Source: Podarcis muralis (Eukaryota). Taken from it: a DNA stretch of 64,000 nucleotides. Shown here piece after piece: positions 44,490-56,873 of the stretch; the stretch's first letter is position 1, and each line of letters opens with the position of its first letter. The notes under the pieces were generated by a model. That model made no database searches and was not told the origin of the DNA. It saw nothing but the letters and a program-made list of their open reading frames with translations. The stretch spans positions 496,001 through 560,000 of the forward strand of contig NC_135660.1 in the NCBI RefSeq assembly GCF_964188315.1, given 5' to 3'. Both the position numbers and the translations under genes were made by a program.

Positions 44490-45480
44490 AAATGGGGAGA
44501 AGTAGAAATCGTAAGTCCCCCAAGGAACAGGATTGGGGCCTGTGCTTCTTAAACCTGTTCATAAAGGATCTTGTCCAAACTTGGGTTTCCAGCTGTTTTT
44601 GGACTACAACTCCCATCATCCCCAGCTAGCAGGAGCAGTGGAGAGGGATTCTGGGAATGGTAGCCTGAAAACAGCTGGAGACCCAAGTTTGGGAAACACT
44701 GGACTAGAGCCAGGGGTGAGCAGGGAGGGGGCCAAGTTTGCTGGTGGCACTAAATTCTTCAGGGTGGTTAAAACAAAAAGAGATTGTGAAGAGCTCTAAA
44801 AGGATCTCTCCAGGCGTAGTGAGGGAGCTGCAACATGGCAAGTGCAATTCAGTGGAAACGAGTGTAAAGTGTTGCAGGTTCCCATGGAAAATGTTGATTT
44901 CACGTACACACTTGTGGGGCCTGAACTGGTGGTGAAGACCAGGAGTGGGTCCTCCGGCTTGTAGCAGAGAGAGAACAATAGAGATGTTGGGCCCATGTGC
45001 GACAGCCGTGAAAAAGGCAAATTCCAAACTAGGGATCATCAGGAAAGGAATTGAAAACAAAACTACTGACGTGATATTTACAAATCAGTGGTGTGTCTGC
45101 ATTTGGAATCCTGTGTCCAGTTCTGGTTGCCTCACCTCAAAAAGGATATCGTAGAGCGGGGGAAAGTTCAGAAAAAGGCAACAGAAATGACCAAGGGAAC
45201 AGAGTGAGCGTCCTCTGCCCCCATGAGGAAAGGCTGAAAAATTTGGGACTCTTTAGAGAAAAGGTGAGTAAAGGAGACATGATAAAAGTGTGACACAGGT
45301 TGCCTGGCATAGAGAAAGTAGGTGAAGAAACGTGTTTCTTTCCGTGGTTTCCAGCAACTGGCAGAAGCACTGGTGCCCCTGCTGTGGAGTCAGAAGCAGA
45401 GCCTTCATCCTTCTAGGAGCCATCAATAGCCCTCTCCATGAATTTTTCTGGTCCTCTTTTAAAGCCTTCTAGGTTGGTGG
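44490..45480 (+). mobile_element. Old degenerate CR1 fragment with a nested palindromic MITE (about 44575-44701)
   Basis: Decayed RT motifs (GAKFAGGTKFFRVV; ANSKLGIIRKG). The inserted hairpin element is related to 8671-8806. Boundaries are approximate. Confidence 0.65.
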
Positions 45481-48400
45481 CCATGGATCAGGGCTTCCTG
45501 GGGGTGTGAGTCCCACAATTTACCTCTGCAAAGGAGAGCTTCCTTTCTGTTCTGAATCTTCCAGGATCCGGCTTTTATTTACTTATTTAGCCCTTCACAC
45601 AAAGGTCCCAGAGCAGGTTAACAGCATTAAAAGGAATCGAAAACAGCTTCCACTTCACTTGGATGTCCATGGATTTTGGTGTCCGAAGAGAGGAGGGGGA
45701 AACTTTTCTCCCTCCGCTTTCTACATGCCAGGCATAGTTTCACATCCTCCTTTCCCTTTGCCTCTTCCTCTCCTTTTCTCTAAACCTAAAAAGCCCCCAA
45801 GCTGAATCCGGACCCTTCCCTCTAGGTCTCGGGACGTCTCTCCATCCCTGGGTCCTTTGCGTTGCCCTACTCAGAACCTCCTCCAGAGGGCGCTGCTCCC
45901 GTTCTCACAACCCACGAGGCAAATTCGCCTTTTTAGCCGCCTCTGCAGGGCTGGCGCCTCGGCAGCGTCGGGGAAAGCAACTGGCACCTCGATGCGGAAT
46001 ACTTGAAGCAGCAACGCGGGCGAGCCTGCTCCGTCCTGGCCGGCTGCAGCCTTGCAACAGGATCCCCCCTTAGCTGGCGTTGGGCTGGTGCAAAAGCGGC
46101 CTCTGGCTGTTGAGCAGGACAGGGATCGGGGCCAAACACAAAGCGGGAGTTTGACGCTGGTGGCGAGGAGAGCCTTCCTCGGGGCCTGGCATCGCAGCTG
46201 CAGCGGGAGGCCGCCCATCTCCGCTCTGCCGGCTTTAGGGACCAAGTGACGGCGAATCAAGCTCATAGAGTCGTGGAATGGGAGGGAAGCCAAGGATCAT
46301 CTAGTCCAGCCCCTGCCATCCAGGATTCTCAACTAAAGCATCCATGGCAGGCGACCTGATGAGGCTGGGCAGCCGGCGAGAGAGCGGCTCGCCAGGCGCG
46401 CTGCGTGAGGACGCGGGTCTTCCAGGAGCCCCTGCCTGGCTCTGTGCCCTCCAGGTCTCGCCCCTCGTGCCTGACCATTGGTCCTGCTGGCTGGCGCTGG
46501 TGCCCAGCAACCTCTGCAGGGAGCCGTGTTAGTATGTTGGTTACCCCAGCAGCAAAGGGGTTCCTACATAAAATATTGTTGGGGTGCAGGATCCGGACGC
46601 TGTTCTGCACCGGTGGCAAGAGGAGGGGGGGTGTTTCAGCTCCACACCCCCTGGGACCGAGTCCTCACCCTCCCTGGTGCCCTCCTGGCTCCCAGCTGCC
46701 AGCCTAGCCTCATGGTCGGGGAGAATGGGAGTTTGAATCCAGCCCAAGGCCCTTTACCAGGACAGCAGAGAACATGGGAAGCCCTTGACCCATTTCTCTG
46801 CCACGGAGCAGCAGAAGACCCCGGAGGAAGACGACCAGCCCTGAACTGGGACTGAACAAGCGGCTAGTGGCTGGCAGGATCCCTGCGCCATCCCGGCGGA
46901 GGAGCAGCCCCTGCCCCGCCAGGTCCCAATTCCCAGCCAGATGCTTCTGTTGTGGAAAGTGGCAGGTGCCGGCGGGAGGCTGTGCCAAGGCTGCCCTGGG
47001 CAGGATCCGGAGGAGTCTTTCCCCTGGGTGCTTGGCTGGCAGCTCGGGCGCAGCGGGGGTCAGTGCGGGGACTGAGTCACGCACAGCCAAGGCACCCATC
47101 CTGCAATGACAGCTCGCCCAGGAGGGCGCGCCTGTCTGTCACCCGCCCCTCCCCCGGCTGGCGCTTGCGCGATATTTTTAGCCCGGGCGCTTCTGGAGAG
47201 CCGCCAGGTCCCGCAGAGCCGCCTGCCTGCTTTCCTCTTCCTGCAGGTTCCAGATCAGCAGGAAGTCGCGGGGGGCGGAGCGGAGCCCCACGAAAGCCTT
47301 GCGCGATGGGGAGAGAGATAACCGGTCTGGCTCTGCCACACGTTATGGGGAAGTGGAGGGCGCAACTGCCCCCCCCCCGGTGGAGATCCGCAAGATCCCT
47401 GTGGGGCTCCGTCCGGCCTCCCTTGGCGAGGTGCAGCTCCTGGCGCTGCCCCCGTGGCTCTGCAGAACCCACGTCGACCCCATAATGTATGGGGCGGAGA
47501 GGAGGAGAGAGAAAGAGAGCAGGGGGCAAGGCTGGGTGGTGTGTGGGGCCTCTCAGCCCGCCTCGCCCCGTGAATCTCTTGTCACCCCTGAATCTCCAGC
47601 CAGGCAATTCAGCGGAGTGGCAGCCCCCCCCCCCGGTGCAAGGCATATGAGAAGCCCCTTCGTCCCCCCCTTTGTCGCAGCAACGGGTCTCGCTGCAAAC
47701 TGAAGTCTTTAAGGCGTTGCAAGGGAGCGAGAGAAAAGCTTTTCTCCATCCGCTTTCTCCGGGCCATGAGAAATGCTATTCACCTCGACAGGTGCGGCTG
47801 CGCCCTTTCCTCAGAAGGGAGTCGCTCCGACCCCTCCATCCCTCGGACTGCCGTTCTCGTTTCCCAACCTGCCGCGTCCTTTTTGAGGCGAGGCCACCAG
47901 AACTGGACACACAACTTAGCTGCGGTCGCGCCAGGGAGCTGTGAGCGAGATGGGCCGTTTTCCCCAGCTGTTCCTGGCGCGCAGGTTGCCTGCTTCCAGG
48001 GCCCCGACACAAACACCAGGGTGGCCTCCACCGGGACCCCCAGAGGCCTCTGAGCCAGGCTGGGGGGTGGTGCCAGGCCCCCCCCTCTCGCCCTGCCTCT
48101 GCCCTTTCATCCCTCTCTATGAACCTCATCTTGCCCAGGATCAATCTGCCGGCTGGAAAGGAAGCGCTGGCCGCCTCTGCTGCCCACAGCAGCCCGGGGA
48201 GGGGGGAGGCGGTTGGCTGTCGCTGCTGTGAGACTCAGCTCCCCTCGCCACCCTCCCGCAAAGGGCAGAGCCCCCTCCCCGCCAGTCCCGCTGACGTGGC
48301 TCCCCAGGGTGCCATCGGGGGGGGGGGCTGGCTCTTGACATTTCCCGCTGCGCTCAAAATAGCTTTGCTCCAGCAGCTGCTGCTCGCCTCCTGCTCGGGC

Positions 48401-49224
48401 GGCATCCGAGCCCCCCGCCCGCCAGAGAACGCGATGCGCCCCCAAGGCGGCTGCTCTGGCCTGGCGGGTTGCAAAGCCTGCTCCGCTTCCCCGTGGCCGC
48501 CTTGGCAAGACCCCGCGACCCCCGGAGAGGAACCAGAGGGAGCAGCAGCGGCAAGCTCAGGCCTTCGCTTTCCTCGCCCGCCTGCCGGCCCCATTTCCAG
48601 GGCGGGCATCGTGAGCTGGCCCCCTTTCCAGGCCGCGAGAACAGATGCCCCTCAGAGGACGCTTGTTTCGTAGGTTGATCTGTGAAATGGGCACCTGGCC
48701 GCCTTCCCACCAAGGGCGCTTCAGGTGGCAAAGGGCAGGAATAGACTCTATAGGGAAACTCAGCAGCGAAGGGGCCCGCGGGCTTGCGGCAGATCAGGAT
48801 CCTGACCCTGCTGCGTGTTGAGGCCCGAGGGCTTTCTGAAACTGAGCTCTGCCCCCTTATTTTCTCCTCCTGGTCAGGGAGACCCCCACTCGGCAGGCAG
48901 CCGCTGAGCTCGGGACGCTGTCCATGGTACTTACTTGTTTTATTTACAAAACTATTTGTATGCCGCTGTGCCATAGAAATAGACACAATATAAAAACATA
49001 AATATAAAAACAAAATATAAATATAATATAAAACACAATATAAAAACAAAGAATTGAAAGGATGCATTCTTCCTCTCCTGCCTAGGCCTTGCAGAAGAGA
49101 GATTATTTTCAGCAAGTGGACACAGAAGGCACCTGCTGACTCTCATGTAGCAGGGAGTTCCACAGGCTCAGCTCCTCCTGGCCCTGGAGGGCTCTCTGGT
49201 GCTTCCAGCTGCCCGTGGCATGCC

Positions 49225-49365
49225 TGGGAGGGTGAGCAAAAGAGCTCAGGAGCAGAACACCTGCTTGGCATGCAGAAGGCCCCAGGTTCGATCCCTGAGA
49301 CATCTCCAGGAACAGCCGGAAGAGACTCCTGAGTCTGAAGCCCTGAAGAAACGCTGCCAGTCATG
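49225..49365 (+). mobile_element. tRNA-derived SINE fragment
   Basis: GCTCAGGAGCAGAACACCTGCTTGGCATGCAGAAGGCCCCAGGTTCGATCCC tRNA-like head with a B box, followed by non-tRNA body. Confidence 0.6.
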
Positions 49366-51431
49366 CAATCCTAGAATTGTAGAGTTGGAAGGGGACCCCC
49401 AAGGGCCATCCAGACCAACCCCTGCAATGCAGCAATCCCTGTCCCTGTCCCTCTGCTGCTCTTAAACACACATTTTCACGCCATTATATTTTTCAAAGGA
49501 AATCTGCAGATAGTCTTGACATGACCTGCAGGACAAAAAAAGAAAAAAAAATGCAATACAAAATAAACAGAAGATTGAAAACAAGAAAAAGCACCCAAAA
49601 TCATCATAGACGAAACATCAGGCAGAAATGCAGATTGTTATAATTTATTCCATTTATATCCTACCCATGCCTGCAAAGGAGCCCAGATTAATGCAGTCCT
49701 GATATGGGGGGGGGGGTGAGACTTATGAGTGGAGATGGGGGGGGGGGCAAAGGGGCCTGGGAGGAGACTCCCCCCACCCTCCCGCTCCCCGCTAGAGCCC
49801 AATCCCAAGGGCAGCTGCCTGAGAGAGAGAAAGCCATGGCACTCTGCTCTTCCCAGGAGGACAATAGTCCTCCTCTGCAACCTCGATGGCTCACTGCTCA
49901 GCCTGTAGCTGCTGCTCCTGAGAGGCAAGGGGTGTGCGCAGCTAGATTGCTATGTTCCCGTCTCAATTGCAGCCTCCAAATCTCACCCAAGGGGCAGGTT
50001 TATTTTTAGGAAAGGTTCCTTGTTGAGTTCTCTGCTTGACAATGAGTTTGCTTTCTGCTGCCAACCCCAGCCGATATTCTTTCCCCAGGCAACGTGGTCC
50101 TTCAGAGAAGGTGCTCTTTTTAGGGGCTGGGGCTGTCATGGAATCACAGGGTTGTAGAGTTCGGACCCTCAAGGGCCATCTAGTCCAGCCCCCTGCAAGG
50201 CAGGAGCCAGAGCTGAAGAATCCCTGATGGATGGCCACCTGGCCTCTGTTTAAAGGCCTCCAGTGAAGGAGAGTCCAGCCCCCTCAGGAGGTGGACAGTC
50301 TATGAAACGCACAACTAGAGTTGCTGCTCAGTCAATTCAGGGCACACCAGAACCTCGCAGGGGGAGAAAGGAGCCCCCTCGCCTCTCCTCACTTTCTGCA
50401 AACTAACTCTCCCAACTGCCCTCTTCTTCTGCCCATTTGAGAGGAGCAAAGGAGGTCAAAGATGCTTTGGAAAGGTTGGAAAACAACAACAGGCAAAACA
50501 TGGCATGGGGGGGGGGAGCAGGGAGGGACGGCTGCCCTCCTGAGTTTTACATAAGTTCCAAAATCCATTCGTTCAGCTTCTTGCTGACCCCTTTAATAAA
50601 GTTTATTAAAACAGGCAATCCCTGGATCATGGAATGAGGCAAGAACTATTGCAGTTACCTAAGTCACAAAGGAGGAGGCCGCAGGGCTCACTTCACTCCC
50701 TCCCTGCCCCCCCCCCCCACAAACCAGAGAGTCAGGATCTTCACCAGCCAAATGCAAGTCAAAGGAAGTGGATGTGAACCCCTGCATTTAGGCTGGGGGG
50801 GGGGGGAGACCTGGCTTGGCAGAAAAGGATCCAGGGGTCTTAGTTCCCAGGAAGTCACCCCCCCCCCCCGCGCCTCCTGATGGGACCCCTCTCTTCCACC
50901 CCCCCAGAAAGAGCTCCTTCCTGCCCCTCACTCCCCCCCCCTTTGGACTTGTTTTCTTTCTTTGTGGGTGGCAGAACAACTGGAAGAAGCAATGCTTCAT
51001 TTCATCACCCCCACCAATATCGTCACTACTTGTTTTCTGGTTTGCCTTGGAAGAAATAAGTCCTGCCCTCCAGCTGTCCGATAACAAATTTCTGATAGAT
51101 TTCTGCTGCCTGTGAGAGATTTCCGGCCCCTGAAGAGACTCTGAAACTCTGAATTCCTAACTGATTTGCTTTCGTGTCATCGGGTTAAGGTTGTGTTCTT
51201 GTTTTAACATATTAATGATATATTGGGGCGGTTTTGGGGACTGGATATGGCTTACAGAATTTTGAAATATTAACCAGTTTATAAATGCTTTTGAGTGATA
51301 TAATACAAATGAATGAATAGCTGGCCTTAAAGTGTCTGGTCATAAATGAAGGAATGAAGGAATGAAGGCAATGGGAAAGCTCTGAATTATAATCCATCAA
51401 GAAGCTCAGTGGGACTGAATTGGCCTAATGC

Positions 51432-51524
51432 ATATTTATATTTATATTTATATTTATATTTATATTTATATTTATATTTATATTTATATTTATATTTATA
51501 TTTATATTTATATTTATATTTATA
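51432..51524. repeat. (TATTTA)n hexamer microsatellite, probably the expanded tail of a minus-strand LINE 3' end
   Basis: About 15 perfect units, followed by TACCCTGCCTTTTTTCCTGGTGGAACTCAAGGTGGCTTACA, which resembles a reverse-complemented L2-like terminus. Confidence 0.9.
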
Positions 51525-52298
51525 CCCTGCCTTTTTTCCTGGTGGAACTCAAGGTGGCTTACAGATAAAGAAGAGAAAACAATTATTTTTAAAAAAACAC
51601 TGATAGTATTAAAACTCTCCCTCTCTCTAAAAAAATGTCTTAATTGGCCTAGCAATGCTGGGATCTCTGTGTTATCAACAAACAACATTTTCTGAATAGT
51701 CACTATTAATTACTTAATTATTACTTTCCACCTTTCATTTCCACCTGCCCTCCCTGCTTACACTTCCGCCTCCACCTGGCAAATTGCTTGTTGCAGAGAC
51801 CAGTCCGTCAGGATCTGGTGCAACTCCACACCTCCCTCTGTTCCCGTCGGCTCTGAATGCCTCTTCTGCGCTTCTCCCAAAGAGCGGCAGGCACCTCCCT
51901 GATAAAGCCATGCCATTAAAAATAAAACAAAAACCATTAAAAACCATTAAAAAACAATTAAAAGGTCTCAAGCAACCACTGACTTTTGTTAGTCTTTGAG
52001 GTGCCACAAGAGTCTTCGTTGGTTCTGCTGCAATTTCAAGGTTGTAGCCAACTAAGTTCTACTTGTGAGTAGGCCCAGTAAGCCTGGTTAGCCAGGTCCA
52101 TTCATTTCTATGGAGCTGCTATGGCAGAGGTGGGAGACAACTTTCTCCTGCAGAGGCAGGACCCTTTGGCTCTCAGGTGTTGCCCAATTAAATGTCCCCT
52201 CAGCCCCCAGGAAGGGTGACCAGGAGGGAGGCTGGAAACTGTAGTTCAGCAGCACCTGGAATGCTACAGGTTCCCACACCTGTGAGAATGTCGATCCC

Positions 52299-52682
52299 AT
52301 TAGCAGAAATGTTATAAAGAATTAAGTAAAAATAGATTGTTAATGGGCCAAAGTGTAAAATTTAAGGTCAGATTGTGTTAAGATATATTATAGAACAAAA
52401 ATTGAGAAAGATGGAAAGGATTTGCTGAAATAGCTAATTGAACTAGAATACAAAAAAGGGAGGTGTGAGGAGGTCGAGGAAACAAGTAAAAGAAAGATTA
52501 AGATATGGAAATACTGGATGTGTTTTTAAATGTTTTTGTTTTTAAAAGTTTTTGTTTTTCTTATTGTTTTGTTGTATTGTTTTTTATTGTGCTTTTTATT
52601 TTTGAAGTATTGTAATTTTTTATTTTTTTTATTTTTTCTGTAACTGTTAAATTTTTAATAAATATCATTTAAAAAAAAGAGA
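52299..52682 (+). mobile_element. L1-type 5'-truncated insertion (3' UTR, AATAAA, poly-A)
   Basis: 15-bp TSD GAGAATGTCGATCCC (52284-52298 and 52683-52697), AATAAA at 52657, A-run at 52671-52678, T-rich 3' UTR. Confidence 0.75.
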
Positions 52683-55634
52683 GAGAATGTCGATCCCGAG
52701 GGAAAGAAATGCCCTCTGGCAGAGAACAAAAACCCACAGCAAGCAATTCAAAAATCTGTTTGACCGACACCTTTCCACATTTGACGTCTCTTTCAGTCCG
52801 CATTCAATGCTTCTTTTTCATATTACAAACATTCAAAAGCTAAGCAACAACATGCTTCAAAAGGAGAGAGAGAGAAATACTGTCCTTTTCTAAGGAAGAG
52901 GAAAGTGAGGCGCAGCGGAGGAGGAAAGGGCGAGGTGCCTGGGCTCTTCCTTCCTCGCTAGCAAATAATCAGAATTCAGCAGCACAGCAGAGAGGCAGGA
53001 AGGGGACATTTTCACATGGTTTTCATCAGTCTGCTCCAACAGAGCGCGGCTGGCAACACCTCACATTCATGGCTTGAGTCAGACCAGGGGACCAAGGAAG
53101 GGAATCCTCAGAGATTACAGTATTTGCAGGGAAAGCAAATCTGAGCTTGCCAGAAACCGCAGGAGGGGAGAGGGCTGCTCTGTGCTCACCACGTTCTGCT
53201 TTCAGGTTCCCCACAGGCACCCAGTTGGCCACTGTGAGGAGAGGATGCTGGGCTGGATGGGTCCCCTTTGGCCTGATCCAGAGGGCTCTTTCTATGTCCT
53301 TACGACCCTCAGTCCCTTCCAGCCCTGCAAGAGCTTGTCTGTGACACCCACAGAAAATGGCAGCCAGGCAGGGAGAAGAGGCCTGGGGCAGAGGGAGGGG
53401 GCAGGTGGGACTTCTGGTCCTAAACCTGCCCATTTATCTTTGGACAGTGACACATTTACACCAGCCCCCTGCTGTGCTTGTTCTCCTCCACAACCTTTTA
53501 ATGAGGCCATTAATATTTGTCTGATTGGCCCAACTTCCCTTTTCTCATGGGCTGGCGTGAGAAAAACTGTGGATCAGGCCAGCAAAGGTGTGTCCAGGGG
53601 CCCTGAGACCACGGGAGCTTCTGTCCAGCAGGTCACCCTGTTAGTTGGCCAAGAACAAAAGCCCGCCGTGGGGTGCTCCACTGGTGGTCTCCTCTCTCTC
53701 TTCCAGATGGAGCAGCGTGCCAGACTTGGGCTGCTTCTCAGGGTCTTCAGTGGACAATCACAGCACAAAAGCCTTCCTTCTCTGCCGCTCCATCGAGGTT
53801 CAGTCAGAGAGGGTGAAGTGTGTGCCAGGCGGTGAGGGGGGCAGTGAGGACGGGTTTTTCCTTGCAGGGAAAGGGGGTGTTTCTGCTGCAGCAGGAAAGG
53901 ACGGAGCCAGCCGGGTTTCCTCTTTGGAGAGAAGAGGCTCTGCTCTCCCAGGGCTGCTGCTGCTTCTGTGGAAAGTGCGGAAATGGCTGCCTTGGCACCA
54001 GGAGTCTGACTCCACAGCCCCCTTCCTTACACTGGGAGGGGGGGCATGCTCTCTGGCCCATGCAGAGCCCAGACTCCCTGCCTCCTTCTGGCGGGGGGGG
54101 GGGGTGAGACAGTTGATCGGGGGGGGGGGGGAATCCTGGGGTGTGGATTTACTCCACTGCCCAGCTGGCTGGGGTGCCACTCCCCGTGGGTCCCTCCAGT
54201 CAGCAAAAGGAGGAATCTCCAGCCAGGTTAGAGAAGCAAAACAGCAGTCGGTAGACCTGATCAAGGTTCAAACACAAGACAAGTAGGAACCCCCAGCATG
54301 GGGTGGCACGGACTTTTAAGACTTCCTCCCCTTTCCCCGTAATACATTTCCAACAGCAGCATCGATATGTCACAAATATGTCACAATGTGGGAGTGTTTG
54401 GCATGAAGGAACATGAAACTGTCACCCACCCCTGCCAATCACCCCAGTTCCTGACGCCTTTTAACTAGGCTCTTCCCCAAAGAACAATGGCAGTGTTTAC
54501 ACATCCCCTGCACTTCTCCCTTGAAAGCATCAGGATTGAATCCACCATCCTGATGGGTTTCCGTCTGGGGTATGGGCTGCCCTTGACTGCCTCCTGCCTC
54601 CCATTGTGTGGCTAAGGTCACACCTTCTGGAGGGGAAGGAGAATGTGACCTTACGCTTAAGGGATTAGGGAGGCAGGTGACACCTGGTCTCCCCTCTTCC
54701 AGAGGAACCAAGGAAATCGGTCAAACCGTTGAATTCTGGAGATTATTTGTGAAGTTTCTACAGTTCTCCATCTTGGATAGTCAGAGGAAACAGTACTTGG
54801 TACCTGCTGATTGCTACAATTTTATAGACGGCTTTTCTGAGCCTCTTTGCTGTTGCGTATCTATGGTGCCTGTGTCAATGGTCATTGTCCGGGTCTTAGT
54901 TGAGGCTGTGGTGGGGACTTGGGTTTTTGGGGGAGCCGTTTAACTCCCCCCCCCCCCCGTTTTAACACTGGAAAGGCCTCCTAGCTGAGCAGAGAGCTGG
55001 AATTGGGGGTGGGGAAAAGCTCTTGCAAGCCGGGATAGAGCCAGGAGAGCCTTTGTGGGCAGCGTGGGTGGAGGGGAAGCGCCACCAGCCATGCGCCATG
55101 TGTGCATGGAGCCAGGCCAGGCGTGTGACAAGGAGGCCTCCCCGGTCTTCCTCAGCACCAGCGCAGCCGGCCAAGCAGTGAGCTAAATATAGCCTGGCCC
55201 CAGAGGGAGAGTGAGAGCCAGAGTAGGGCAGGCAGGAGCAGGCAGGGAGCAGCCTCTGTCGCCAGCCCACATCAGGCAGAACACATCAGATGGGGAAAGG
55301 GGTCTGCCCCCCCACCAGGCAGACACCCCCCCTCCTTCCCCTGGCCTTCCTTTGGCCTCCCTCAGCATCTGGCTGCCCACAGAGGAGCCTGCCCTGGTGG
55401 TTTTCCTTTAGCACCAGGCTGGGCCAGATCCTGCACCTAGAGGGTCTTCCCTGGGCTCCTGAGGACAGGGTCTGGTCCTTGGTCGAGGGGACCCTTGGAG
55501 TCTCTTTCAGCTCTGCGGTTCTATGAACTGTGGGGCTTCCTGCAAACAGAGAGGAAGTCCAGAGAGCGACAATGTCTTAGTCCTGCTGGAGCTACATGCC
55601 AAAAGGTTCCTTTGCCAGAGAGTGACGGAGGGAG

Positions 55635-56294
55635 TGTGATAGGAATTTTATGGTCTTAGATGTATGGTAATGTTCATAAGTGTACCAACCAAGCACATAC
55701 ATAGATCAGCACAGGAAGGCCAACCTGGAACCATTTTGATTCCTAAACTGACCAAATCTTTTCTCTGCAAGGTCAAAATGGAAAAGCCTCCCCATTGTCT
55801 TTTCCTTCACAAATCCTGTCTTAAGGGTATGTCTGTGTATGAATAGGCTGTGAGCCTGTGACCTGGCCCAGGAACTAAGTATTTATCATTACAAAAGACT
55901 GGCCAGGCTACCCAGGAAATCCAATCAAGTAACCTGCCAGACAGGAGATAAACAACAACAGGACAAAAACAACATTAAAATTTCTGTTTTAGACCGCCTT
56001 TTCTGTGATGTAGGTGTGATGTATCTGAGGGGTGGTCTTAGGTTACACCCCTTCTGTGATGTATGCATGATGTTTCTGGGGGTGGTCTTGATCTACAGGG
56101 TGGCAATTTCAAAAGTCTTTATAAGGCCTTGCACACCATTTTTCTGGGTCCCTCCTCTCTCCTGCAAGTGAGGGGAGCACCCTGTTGCAACAGTTCTATA
56201 AAGGCCAAGCCTACAGGCTGCTGTTTTGCTCCAAGTAATCCTGGTTGGTGTCTTTGTTTTTGTCCAAGGGAGCCCTCGGATTTTTCCAGTAACA
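55635..56294 (+). mobile_element. Solo LTR (ERV/Gypsy-like)
   Basis: TGT...ACA termini, 4-bp TSD GGAG, duplicated U3 blocks (56001-56039 and 56052-56089), TATAA at 56120, TATAAA poly(A)-like signal at 56197. Confidence 0.8.
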
Positions 56295-56692
56295 GGAGCA
56301 AAGGAACAGAGCAAAGGTCTGCACCTTGGGGCCCTGCTGCTCCCTGACTGTCCCAAGCAGGAAGGGCCTCCTCCTCCTCAGCCACTTCCCCAGGATGCTG
56401 AGGTCCCCCCCCCACTAGCAGCAACTGCATCAGGCATGGGGGGGGCAGCAACGGGAGAGAGGGATGGCTGCAGGAGGGGTGATGTGCTCAGGTGCGGGGG
56501 GGGGGGGGGCTTGTTCCTGTGGCCACCAAGGTGCCGTATCCGTAGCTCCTGGGCCCCTTCAGAAGGGAAGGATGGCCAGCCATAGGGAGTTTCCTGGCTA
56601 AGGCAGGATGGTGTGGGGCTGTGAGCAGCCCTGGCCTGGCTAGCAGCCCCTGCCCTTATGCTCCCTGCAGGGGCTGAATGGCTGGTCTGCCC

Positions 56693-56873
56693 CAGTGGCG
56701 TAGCGTGGGTTGTCAGCACCTGGGGCAAGGCAAGTAATTTGCGCCCCTTAACCTGTGGATTTGCACCCCCTAACCCGTGGATTTGCGCCCCCTAACATGT
56801 GGATTTGCCCTAACCCCAGATGTTGCGCCCGGTGCGGCCGGCCCCCCCTGCACCCCCCCACGCTACGCCACTG
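56693..56873. mobile_element. hAT-type MITE with an internal 22-bp tandem repeat
   Basis: Perfect 17-bp TIR CAGTGGCGTAGCGTGGG and perfect 8-bp TSD GTCTGCCC. Confidence 0.88.

Noticed and set aside
51409-51703. ORFs with (LY)n and (IN)n repeats
   Set aside because: Translations of the (TATTTA)n microsatellite.
47170-55192. MEF2-like motifs (CTAAATATAG at 55183, plus near-matches around 47173, 48352 and 50000)
   Set aside because: Short AT-rich motifs scattered over 8 kb are expected by chance, and there is no conservation data to support them.
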